From NCBI GenBank assembly GCA_965644315.1, contig CBFFRQ010000134.1, positions 1-35,509 of the forward strand: DNA of 35,509 nt, read 5' to 3'. Under the pieces are notes generated by a model that worked only from the letters and a program-made list of their open reading frames with translations, was not told the DNA's origin and did no database searches. Source of the DNA: Caecitellus pseudoparvulus. Its lineage: Eukaryota; Protista; Bigyra: Bicosoecida. A program made the translations under genes and the position numbers. Positions 19,797 through 29,463 of this stretch are shown here, piece after piece; position 1 is the first letter of the stretch, and each line of letters starts with the position of its first letter.

Positions 19797-22481
19797 TCAG
19801 TCTCTGCCACGCTGGCGCACTCTAAATCGACGGCATGGTCTGCTGCAGGCCCTTCGCCTGGTAGCCGGCTTGTCATGGTCGTGGGTGGCTTGCTTTCCAC
19901 CCCAGGATGGTGCCAGCAGAACCCCAAGAATATCGCATACAACTTGCAGTTGCCCCCAGTACCCTCTCAAGGCAACACCATCAATTATGTGAATGCCTAG
20001 CCTTTTCACTGTGTTCTTTACTTTTTCTGATGGCTGGTGTGTCGTGGCGATGATGGCACCACCATCCACAAAGCGGACCCCGGGCATGCTGTAGGCGGCT
20101 TTGAAGGCGCCGCTCCAGTCCTGCATGCTCGCAGAGCCAGATGACAAGCCTCTAGCAGCATCCACTTGCGCAGCAATAATCAAGTCACACACTGCACCTA
20201 CTACAGGCTTGTGCCTGCGTTCCAGGTGCACTTGCTGTGCTTGGCTGTAGGCCCTCACACCCATGAAGCTCTTCACTGCCTCTCGAACCCTGTCGTCGCC
20301 TACCTTGTACTGTTCTCTGTCCTTCAGCGCCTTTTGGGTGGCATACTTCACCTGCACCCGCACAACTGTCGCAGTGGGGTCGCCCTCTTTCACACCAGGA
20401 AACACCCCAATCAAGCCGCCCCTGACACCTGGAGCCTCTTTCACCCAGAATGCCCCCTTGCAGAGAGACAGATACTCCCTCAACGAGGCATGCATGCCCT
20501 GTAACGAGTCATGTGCAGCTTGTGCACGTGCATCCCACCTTGATTCAGTCCCAGCAGCTTCGCCAGCTCCTGCAGCAGCTGCAGTACCGGGGGCAGATCC
20601 AGCACACTCCCTGGGCACAGCCACTGTTGGAAGCGAGTCTTCGCTGGCATCTGGTGGTAGGACAATCTTCAGGTTTGCTAGCTCTCCAGCCTGCGAGTCG
20701 TCGTTCCCTCGTCTTACAGACCCGCCATGGCCACGCACGAGGACGTCGCCTGCGTACTGAGGCATCCTCGCGAGTGCACGCCCAATGGGCAGCTCAGCCT
20801 CCTGGGCGTACCCTTCGTGTCTCATCCACATCACAATGTCACTATGCACATCTCCACACATGAACTGCCAGTACACTGTCAAGCTGCCCAGCCCCCACCA
20901 CCCTGCTCCGTCAACAAGCCACCCGGCGTCCACAGCATCGTCAATGCACTGAGCGGCCCGAGTAGCTGCTTGGTCGACAGTGCTGCTGCCTGATGCGACT
21001 GCAGCTGGCGGTGGCTGACGCGAGAACTGCTTCTCAAGGGCTTGCTTCAGCAGTCCTTTAGGCACGGTGCACTGTGCGGAATGGAAGCCCAGCATGGTCT
21101 GCCCAGCTAGTTCACGGCGCTTGTCATCTGGCAAGATTTCCAGGAACGTACCCGCTACCAGGTGGAACCGGGGGTCGCCCTCACCCATACTGGGTCTCGC
21201 TGCCTCCAACGGCAAAGACAGCCATGGGTTGGAGGGGGTCCACTTTGCAAGACACTGCACAGCTGCAGTAGCTAGGTCTCTGGGTGTTTGCCCGTACCGC
21301 TCCATGATGTGCTCCAGGAAAGCAGTCTGCTTCCGTCCTGGGCTCAAGCCTTCACCTCCCTCCCAGCCCCACAGAAACAGCGCATCAAGCTTTCGCGCCA
21401 CCTCCAGTGTTGTCGCACTCGGGTACTCATCAGGACTTCGCTGATACAGGCCGAATGACGTGTCCACCTTCCTGCACGCGTGAGTAAGCAGGAAGGCCAT
21501 CAGAGATGTTCTGTCCCATGCTGGACCCCCCAGGCGGATGTGCCTGAGCTCGCTTCTTGTCCAGTCCCCTCGCAGGTCAAGATGCGTGTACTGGGGCGGA
21601 AACCGATGGGGCTGTCCGCCGGAAATGAACAGCTGCCGGGCCCGCTGGTAGCTTGCGCACAAAATCAAACCCACAGCAGAGCGACTCAAGCGCAGCAGGT
21701 CCCGCATCTGCGAGCACCACCGCTCAGCACATGCGAACGTAAAACGCTGTTTCCTGAAAAGACACTCAGCTTCGTCCACATGCACAATCACGGCGATGTT
21801 GGCATGCCTGAGTACGGCGCTTGCCATGGCCAAGCGGCCACCCGCCACGGCCTCCCACAGTACATCAGACACCTCTTGTGGTAACGCTTCAAACGCAGCG
21901 CTAATGGCATTGCTCCCTGAGGGCAACTTGGGCCGTAGGATTTTCTCATCATCCGTGTCGTCGAGCCTGTCCCGTGCAAGACTTCCCAGCAGCATGAGAG
22001 CCTCAACCACTGGCGCGTGCAGACCTAGCCGATCCAGCTGGCGTGCAGCATCACTGAACAGCCACTCGTGAAAGGACACTGTCATATGAGGGCGGTGTTC
22101 AGCAAGGTTCGTGGTGCAGCACAAGGTGAGCCTGCCTCCTTCCGCTGTGGCGATCCGCGCAGCCATCTGTTTCGCGAAAGCTTGCACCAAATGTGTTTTG
22201 CCGGTGCCCTGCGGGCCACTGAGAAGGTAAGCTTGAGGCTCACAGAAATCTGAATGCAGTGCCACCTCCATGGAGGCCAGAACTTTCAACGCAGGCATGA
22301 GGTTGAGCATGGGCAGGAAATTGTGACTCTTGTTGCCCGCCATCTCACCCAGCAGCTTCTTCTCCTCCTCATCCTTCGTTGGAAGCTCGGGCATGCAAAG
22401 CCCATTCAAACAAAGCATCTCAAAGGGCCCGCTTCCAGCTGCATGGTCCCTTGCTTCCGAGGCCGCTGCCCCAGCTGCCAT
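19797..22481 (-). CDS. P-loop NTPase with possible C-terminal restriction-endonuclease-like domain (Crinkler/RHS-like)
   Basis: 894-aa ORF. Walker A GPQGTGKT (22194-22217), Walker B VIVHVDEAE (~21765-21794), and C-terminal VVRVQVKY (QxK) motif (~20343-20366). The family assignment is inference. Confidence 0.7.
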   Translation of the reverse strand: MAAGAAASEARDHAAGSGPFEMLCLNGLCMPELPTKDEEEKKLLGEMAGNKSHNFLPMLNLMPALKVLASMEVALHSDFCEPQAYLLSGPQGTGKTHLVQAFAKQMAARIATAEGGRLTLCCTTNLAEHRPHMTVSFHEWLFSDAARQLDRLGLHAPVVEALMLLGSLARDRLDDTDDEKILRPKLPSGSNAISAAFEALPQEVSDVLWEAVAGGRLAMASAVLRHANIAVIVHVDEAECLFRKQRFTFACAERWCSQMRDLLRLSRSAVGLILCASYQRARQLFISGGQPHRFPPQYTHLDLRGDWTRSELRHIRLGGPAWDRTSLMAFLLTHACRKVDTSFGLYQRSPDEYPSATTLEVARKLDALFLWGWEGGEGLSPGRKQTAFLEHIMERYGQTPRDLATAAVQCLAKWTPSNPWLSLPLEAARPSMGEGDPRFHLVAGTFLEILPDDKRRELAGQTMLGFHSAQCTVPKGLLKQALEKQFSRQPPPAAVASGSSTVDQAATRAAQCIDDAVDAGWLVDGAGWWGLGSLTVYWQFMCGDVHSDIVMWMRHEGYAQEAELPIGRALARMPQYAGDVLVRGHGGSVRRGNDDSQAGELANLKIVLPPDASEDSLPTVAVPRECAGSAPGTAAAAGAGEAAGTESRWDARAQAAHDSLQGMHASLREYLSLCKGAFWVKEAPGVRGGLIGVFPGVKEGDPTATVVRVQVKYATQKALKDREQYKVGDDRVREAVKSFMGVRAYSQAQQVHLERRHKPVVGAVCDLIIAAQVDAARGLSSGSASMQDWSGAFKAAYSMPGVRFVDGGAIIATTHQPSEKVKNTVKRLGIHIIDGVALRGYWGQLQVVCDILGVLLAPSWGGKQATHDHDKPATRRRACSRPCRRFRVRQRGRD

Positions 22482-23810
22482 GTCTGTGAGTCAGTGCAAG
22501 GTCGTGCATCCAACGTCAGCGCGCGGCAAACCACGCGTGAGCTACTGCCAGCAACGCCGCGCCACACCACAGCGCCGCACTCACTGTATGTTCTTCGTCT
22601 TAGTGCACCAAGGAAGCTGCACAACCAAGCCCTGCGGCGCTAGGCTTGCCTCTCCCGGTGCTTGCAGCGGTGCGGTGCGGAAATTGAGCAGCCCCTCACA
22701 GCCCAACGCAAACCTGTGCGGAGCACAGCCAGACAAACGCCAGCCGCGGGGGGGGGAGCAACAACGTGTATGCTCCAGCAGGAAAAGTGAATGTGGCCGC
22801 GCTGGCGTCAGGTGTGGGTTGTGAGATGAGTATTGTGTGTGCAGGGTAGCAATGATGCTGGAGTGCAGCTCAGACGAGGGGGGAGGGGGGGAGGGGCGGA
22901 GCAGCTTGCCGAAAACGCGGACAAGGTACGGAGTGTGGCCAGAAAGAGTGAAGGGCATGGGTGTGCAAGAGGGGCCGAGCGTGGCTATAGAAGGGGGAAG
23001 AAGGCTGCTTTCATGGCGAGAATGGGCGGATTGGTCCATGGAGAGGTTGCTGTGTAGCCCCCCCCTCGTGTGGCTGCACATCGCCAAGGGGCAAAGCATT
23101 CTAGCCCCCCCAGAATCTCCACAATTAGGGCGTAACTTCCCCATCCTATTCACGATGCAAGCGGGCTTCATTCACTTCTCTGGCCTGCCACCAGCTCCAC
23201 AGACGCTGGCTCTGTCGCGACCCCATAGACTTCGCCCTTCCCAGTGCAGTCTCCCACGCACGCAACCTGCACCCAACTCTGCCCATGACTTAACTCTCAT
23301 CCTCCAACACGCCTCGTTGTGTGCACCCTTCGCGCCAGAGGCAAGGCACGGCAAGTTCAATGGACAGCATGCCTCCCAGGGTCGCTTCACTGGTGCAGCC
23401 CTCGCGTCCGGGGCGCACCACCACTCTTCACAGCCAGGGTGCCACTGGGGAGGGAAACATCCCACAAAGTTCCCCAAGCACCGATGTGGACATGCGCAAG
23501 TCATGAAACAGGCTGCAGGTGCGTGGCATGGTCGTACCCCAAGCAAGCGTCTCGCTCCAACTCAGCAGCCAGCACGCTAAGCCTCCATGCAGCGCAAAGT
23601 CGGACACCTCGCACCATTTCGTGGTGCAAATGCCCAGACATTCGTCAGAAGTCGTGGGCTATGATCCAGGTGCGCTGGTAAAGCACATTGCTCGCCGCCC
23701 ACAGCGCCACGGCAATGGTGCTGCCTCTGCGTAGGCACTGGCTTTGACTATGGAGGCGCTGCAAGCCCAGCCATGGACCCCCGTGCCCAAGCAGCGGATG
23801 GAAGTTGTCT

Positions 23811-24471
23811 TCACGTGCCATCGCAGACAGAGCTGAAACGTCTTTTGTCGAAGCCACCCAAGTTGTAGCGGCACAACTTGGTTCTGACAAGCCTTCGGCA
23901 GCGCCCGAACCATGGTGCGGGCCAGTGCTCTGAACGGAGGAACAGGAAGCCCAGGATGCGGAAGTCGTACGTGTCCAGCATGCGCAGACATGCCTCGACA
24001 ACAGGGAAGTGCACCAGCAAGAGCAGGATGAAGGCTGCGCGATACGCTTGCTCAGCACACCTCGCCCGCTGCTTGAAGAGGTCCACAGTCTTTGCCAGCA
24101 CAGCTTTTTCCTCAGAGCGCATGTTTGCAGGGTGGGCCGGCGGTGCGCCAGGCATCACAGCTGCTTCAGCCTGCGCTGCCGCCTGGCTGCGGCTTGATCG
24201 CGGCTTGCGCATATCAATGACAACTGAGCCTTCCGACTCTTCATCAGCCTCGGCCAGGTCGTCCAAGTCAGCCCACGCAGATGTCCATCTCGCTGCTGGA
24301 GATGGGTCGGTCGGGCCTATGTCGTCTTGGAATGAGGTGGACCTTGGAACCAGCGCGGAAGGTCTGGAAGTTGGAGACACCAGGGTCTTTGGCGCGGGGA
24401 AGGCAAACGTATCATCAACCAGAGCACCCTCTTTCTTGGGAGGAGTGGAAGCGGCAAGGGGCTGCGGGCCA
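23811..24471 (-). CDS. Probable 3' exon or fragment of the multi-TM surface protein at 24530-28234
   Basis: Open frame with a hydrophobic helix (AAFILLLLVHFPVVEACL). An AG|GTAAGC donor at 24533 and in-phase CAG acceptors at 24505 or 24472 would join it to the upstream ORF. Confidence 0.5.
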
Positions 24472-24529
24472 CTGCCCCAGACTCGGCAACGCCTTCCCCG
24501 CCAACTGAGCCTCCACCCTTCTCCTCAGC

Positions 24530-27500
24530 TTACCTCTCAGCAGCAGCCTGCAGCACTGCGTGACTTTGCCGCTGCAAGATGCTGGTCACACCCGCTACGA
24601 TCAACGGAATGCTCACTGCAGCAATGGGTATGCTCAAGGTGATGAAGAAGCGAGTGTACATGTCTGTGCGCAGGGCGCACTGGGCAGGCACCGAGTTGGT
24701 GCTGACGCCGACTGACACAGAGGAGAGCCACGCCATGATGCCATCCAACGCGCTTTCAGGAGGCAAGCGGGTACTCAGCAGCTCTGCATACATCTGGGCC
24801 CAACCGGTCATGACACGGAACACCCCAATAAGCAGTCCCCTGCTTTGACCCTCCTTGCTTTCCCGATCACTTGTGCGCAGAGCCAGGTACACAAGGAGCC
24901 CCGTGAACAAAACCCAGGAGCCGATGCTCTGCAGAAAGCCAAAACTGTCATCGGGGCACTTCACACAGAGCAACTGTGGGCTGGACCTTGCCCAGCCTTC
25001 AGCACACTCGCCGCAGAGGATGCCCCTGTGCCCAGGCACGCAGGAGATGCCACTCGAGTTCGCTACAGGCTTGCACGCATCTGGAGGCGTGCACTGAAGA
25101 ATGTTTGCACCAGCGTAAAGAACCGCTTTCCCTGCGACTGCGGCCTGCAACTCAGCTGTCTCATTCACAAGTGCTTGCAGACGCCGTCTCGCAGGCGAAT
25201 CAGCGCCGGTTGTGTCACCCTTCAACTCGGCACTGGCCACATCTTTCAGCTTGCTCCAGTACCTTTCCTGCAGCTTTGGGTGTGATGGCACCATGGACGC
25301 ATCGGTCACGCAGGTATCACACCAGAAACCCGGGCGGGGCCTGAACTGCCCAGCAGCGCAGCTGACGCCGTTCAAGGGGCACTGCAAGCACTTGGTCTGG
25401 GCCAGGTTGGCGAACGTGCCGCCAGGGCACTGCGTGCATGCAGCCTCTTGGCTTTCAACATTGGCACGGATTGTTCCAGGAGAGCAGCGTTCACAACGAA
25501 GCCCAAAAGTGTCATTGGTGCTCTGGCGGCGCTGCCAGCCCTTGGCACAAATGCAGTCCATCTGCGAGTCAGCTAGCACCTCGCTGTCGGTGCGGCACGT
25601 TGGGCTCACTACCACAGCAGGAACAGCCACTGCACCCCGTGACAGATACGGATACATGGCTTGTCCTGAGATAGAGGATGTGAGCAGCGTAGTCTGTGGC
25701 TGAGACGGTTGGACTTGCAGTACGGCACGTCCTTCATCCAGCGCCGCCAGCCCAACAGTCAGGTCGGCTTTGCCGGTCATCAGCTGGTGCACTTGCGGCA
25801 ACTGAACGAGGGACTGTACTTCGCGACTTGTGGCATCTCGGGCTTCAAGCAGGAGCCCCACTTGCTGTCGCCCAGACACAATCATTGCGCTTCCAGGCGC
25901 TGAGGCATCCATCATAGACATGTTGCGTTGCCCACTCAAAGCAGGTTGAATGGTGATCACTTCGCGGTCAGCGCGTTTGGGCCACGAAACGGCACCGGGC
26001 AGCATGAATCTGCTCGTGTGCGAGAACGCCCCTCCGCCGCGCACCTGCACTCGCAATGGGATAGCCCGGATTTCTTCGTACGCAGCCAGCGCGGCCACGT
26101 CCGTCGCACCTGACGCACCTTCTGCCAAAAATGCGGTGATGCGCACCAGGATTGTTGCCGCAAGCTCTCCGCTACCGCACAGAAGCCCCAGTGGTGGCCG
26201 TGGTCCAAGACAAAGCTCACCCCCATGCACGACGCTGACAGGCACCACCAGTTGCCCAGTGGAAGCAGGCAGCAATATCTCATCCTTTGCCGTGATTGTC
26301 TGCAGCCATGCGGCAGTGGAGGAGGTATCCTGTGACGATACCACTTGAACGCGCAGATCAGCGAAGGAAGCCAACGTCTGCAGAATGGCGATGCCAGGGG
26401 CTTCCTTGCTTGGCGCCACTGTCAGCGACACCGTGCCAGGGACCACAGAAAACAACGTGGAGCGCATGGTCACAGGCAGCACCTGATCAAGCTGCCTAGC
26501 TTGGGACTTGACATCGTACTCGTTCGTGCGCAAGCGCAGGGTGCTCGAAAACAGCCCACTGACAGCTGCACCTGGAGAAACCAGCCAGACTGTGAGGAGC
26601 ACGCGCTCTCCCACGCCAAGAGACCCTTGCAGCACCTCTGAATCTTCTCGAAGGGAGCCGACGGAAACGACGCCCAGCTCACTGGCAAGCACGGAAGCAA
26701 TGTCGGAGCCAGTGCCTCCAGCATGGCCACATACACCTGCTGGGGTGCACACTGCGAGCCATGGAGCCAAGCTGGCGTCCGCATGGTCAAGTGTCCAGGT
26801 CAGGGTGCCAGACCCAGCGTTTCGCAGAAGCAGCTGCTGTGTGCTGTTGCCGCCTGGGATGACGTTGCGCTCCATGACACGAGGCCGTATATCTGAGATC
26901 GGCGCGATGACCCGCAATGAGACCTGCACAATGACAGGCAAAAGGTTGGCCATTCGAAGTCGCCCAGTTGCCCCGCCAGCCGCTTCGTTTGAAGCCGTCG
27001 AGTTTGCCTGGAAGGTAACAGTGGCCCGGTGCAGGCCAGGAGGAAGGTTCGCAGACCTCATGGTCAAGATGACTCCTTGCTGGCCTTGGTTTGTGAGGGA
27101 TCGTGCCTTCCTAGCTGCAGACAGCGTCAGCCAGCCGTGCTGTTGGCCCCGAAAGGAAACCTGAGCGTCCCAGTGCACGTGTTCGGCACTGGACACGATG
27201 ACAGCTTGAGCCTTTGTATCAGACTGCCCGTTCAGCTCGAAAGCAGCGGACACTTCGACAGGGAAGGCGGTGAGGAACGGCAGGGGCTGGGGAGTGACGC
27301 TGGCGGTGGACGAGGGGGAGGCACCGGGTGACTTTGTTGGTTGGGCGGATGCACTGCTGGATGCCGTTGGCGCTGGTGTCTTGCTGCTCGACAGGCGCAC
27401 GAGGGGCGACCTGGAAGGGGCGATGGAAGGCGGTGGCGCTGAACTTTGGGCCAAGTCGACCACCTTCACAGGCACGACTGCAGTCGCATTCAAGCCCACG

Positions 27501-28234
27501 ACGCCGCGGACGTGAACCACAAGGTCAAATGCTCCCGAGTTCTCAGTCGACTCCAAGTACGCGCTGGGGAGTCGTGGCAGCCCATCAACTGCGGCAGGCC
27601 CAAGCTGCAAGGAAAGGGAGTCGATCAAGCGTGGAAACGTGGACGTAAAGGTTCGAGTCACACTCCACCAGTCAGTCGAGTGCAGACAAGGACCCCAAGC
27701 CGCATGCCTCGCATCGATGCAAGACACGCTCAAAACAGCAAGTGTCGCAGCAGATCCGATGTCTGCTGCGTCAGACAGCGACAGGGGAGCGCCGACACTG
27801 GTCCCTGTCTGGGCACCAACAAACAGCACCGCTGGGTCGTGCAGTGCTGCCACACTGGTGCCCCCATCCAAGGCCACTTCCTGCTGCACAGTCGAGGACA
27901 GCCACTCAGGCGGCCTTGAAGACGGAGTCGCGCTGCGAGTTGCTGTCACTGATGGTGTCACCGAGGGAGAGGTGCTGGGTGTGGATGCTGCTGGTGCTGA
28001 GGGCGTGGCGACGCACGCTGTGGCATCGTGGGATGGGCGTGGAAGACTGCTGCAAGCATGCTGAAGGATACGGCATGCTACGCATGCACCCTTGAACAGC
28101 GCCTGTGGGAGGCGCGCCACCCTGCGCTGAGCGGCGCCACTGCCGTCAGTGGCAGTGGCAGAACGCTCCCAGGCGCACGAAGCGGCAGCAACACCAGCAC
28201 CTCCCACAAAGCACTCCCTCGTCCATGCCGTCAA
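24530..28234 (-). CDS. Large cell-surface or membrane protein: Ser/Thr/Pro linkers, beta-rich (Ig/BACON-like) domains, CxxC (ephrin-receptor-like) repeats, multiple TM helices
   Basis: 1234-aa ORF with TPSxTPS linkers, CERCSPGT/CTQCPGGTF/CLQCP, C..GHRGILCGEC..GW and following hydrophobic helices. The N-terminus is uncertain (TTG start; a signal-peptide-like stretch upstream is cut off by a stop or frameshift). Confidence 0.75.
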   Translation of the reverse strand: MTAWTRECFVGGAGVAAASCAWERSATATDGSGAAQRRVARLPQALFKGACVACRILQHACSSLPRPSHDATACVATPSAPAASTPSTSPSVTPSVTATRSATPSSRPPEWLSSTVQQEVALDGGTSVAALHDPAVLFVGAQTGTSVGAPLSLSDAADIGSAATLAVLSVSCIDARHAAWGPCLHSTDWWSVTRTFTSTFPRLIDSLSLQLGPAAVDGLPRLPSAYLESTENSGAFDLVVHVRGVVGLNATAVVPVKVVDLAQSSAPPPSIAPSRSPLVRLSSSKTPAPTASSSASAQPTKSPGASPSSTASVTPQPLPFLTAFPVEVSAAFELNGQSDTKAQAVIVSSAEHVHWDAQVSFRGQQHGWLTLSAARKARSLTNQGQQGVILTMRSANLPPGLHRATVTFQANSTASNEAAGGATGRLRMANLLPVIVQVSLRVIAPISDIRPRVMERNVIPGGNSTQQLLLRNAGSGTLTWTLDHADASLAPWLAVCTPAGVCGHAGGTGSDIASVLASELGVVSVGSLREDSEVLQGSLGVGERVLLTVWLVSPGAAVSGLFSSTLRLRTNEYDVKSQARQLDQVLPVTMRSTLFSVVPGTVSLTVAPSKEAPGIAILQTLASFADLRVQVVSSQDTSSTAAWLQTITAKDEILLPASTGQLVVPVSVVHGGELCLGPRPPLGLLCGSGELAATILVRITAFLAEGASGATDVAALAAYEEIRAIPLRVQVRGGGAFSHTSRFMLPGAVSWPKRADREVITIQPALSGQRNMSMMDASAPGSAMIVSGRQQVGLLLEARDATSREVQSLVQLPQVHQLMTGKADLTVGLAALDEGRAVLQVQPSQPQTTLLTSSISGQAMYPYLSRGAVAVPAVVVSPTCRTDSEVLADSQMDCICAKGWQRRQSTNDTFGLRCERCSPGTIRANVESQEAACTQCPGGTFANLAQTKCLQCPLNGVSCAAGQFRPRPGFWCDTCVTDASMVPSHPKLQERYWSKLKDVASAELKGDTTGADSPARRRLQALVNETAELQAAVAGKAVLYAGANILQCTPPDACKPVANSSGISCVPGHRGILCGECAEGWARSSPQLLCVKCPDDSFGFLQSIGSWVLFTGLLVYLALRTSDRESKEGQSRGLLIGVFRVMTGWAQMYAELLSTRLPPESALDGIMAWLSSVSVGVSTNSVPAQCALRTDMYTRFFITLSIPIAAVSIPLIVAGVTSILQRQSHAVLQAAAER

Positions 28235-29091
28235 GCAAAGAGGGGGTGAAACCCCACACCAGTGCAGCTCACGCCATGGTCATTCAGCATCGGGCCCCTC
28301 CTCCACCGCCAGCAGCTTGGTCAGCGACCAGTCCCCACCGCGAGTAGGCCAAGACAACAGCAGTGGCGAGCTTCACCGGCAGCAGCAGGCCCAGGGTGCA
28401 ACGCCAGCCTTCATACTTCACATTCAACAATGTTGCGAAGGCATTGACGTGCCAATCATGGCAGTAGCCTCATCGCGCGTCAGGCTCACAAATATCTCCC
28501 GTGCAAGACACTGCACCTTCATCCGATTTCCGCAGCTCAGCTGCCTGCTCTGCACTGCCCCCGGGCGTCCTGTCACTGGATACAAGCGGCAAGGCGAATT
28601 CTTTCACTTTGACATATGGACGATAGATTTCAATGATGGCCACTCAGGGCTCCCAGTCCTGCCCATTTCGCTGCCAGGCTGCAGAACGTGTTTGACTGGC
28701 TCTGCCCACGGCAGTGCAAACCAATGCAAGGCGCTCTCCACGATGGCATGGCTGCCCGGGTGCAGGGACTGCACGGCGCACCTTGACATGCTTGGCAGTA
28801 TTGGGTTCCCTCCAGACTTGTTTGTTCAATGACATCCAATGACGGCACGGCCTTGATCTGCAAAGGCAAGGCTCACACCTGTCTCGCAGCGAAGGCCAAG
28901 CCTGGCAAACTGTGTGGCGGCGTGAGCATGAAGCAAGACATCTGACCTTCACGCATGCTCCTCAAGGCTGGGGTTCGGCTCGCTGATGACAACCGCAGTG
29001 CTCCACACGCTGGCGATACTGCTCGCCCAGCTTTGAATGATCTGAAACGTAATGCACATGAGAACAGTGTCTGGGTCTGGAACACGCCCAC

Positions 29092-29396
29092 ATGCTAGAT
29101 CAAGGCCCGGCGAGGACTGCTGAAGCACTGGATGCATTTGCTAGGCCCTTGCGGCAAAAGTTGCTCCCGAATTCTGGGGGTGCCGCAGACGGCAAAAGTT
29201 TCTACTGGCCCCACGAGGTGGTCGCCGCACCTCCCGGATGGACGAAAGTCCTGAAAACGTGCATCCGGTACCGTGGGGCCGTGTTTGATCACGTGGTGGA
29301 AGCTCAACTTCAGGGTGCAGGCGTGGAACGCGGGAAGCCCGCCGCGGACCTCGCGCGGCGAGCCCGCTACACGGCCCCCTTGCCTCCCGCCTGGAC
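29092..29396 (+). mobile_element. Isolated internal fragment of a copy C-family retrotransposon (C-terminal coding region)
   Basis: Highly similar to ~18966-19270, e.g. shared GCGGCAAAAGTTGCTCCCGAATTCTGGGGGTGCCGCAGACGGCAAAAGTTTCTACTGGCCCCACGAGG. Similarity ends at CCGCCTGGAC. Confidence 0.92.
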
Positions 29397-29463
29397 TGGA
29401 AGAGAAGCAAGTGCGAGGCAAGTGTGGCGACACCAAGAGACAACATTGCATTCTTTCAAATTC

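Noticed and set aside
22500-23800. ORFs 22837-23580 and 22581-23171
   Set aside because: No recognisable motifs; likely chance ORFs in GC-rich intergenic DNA.
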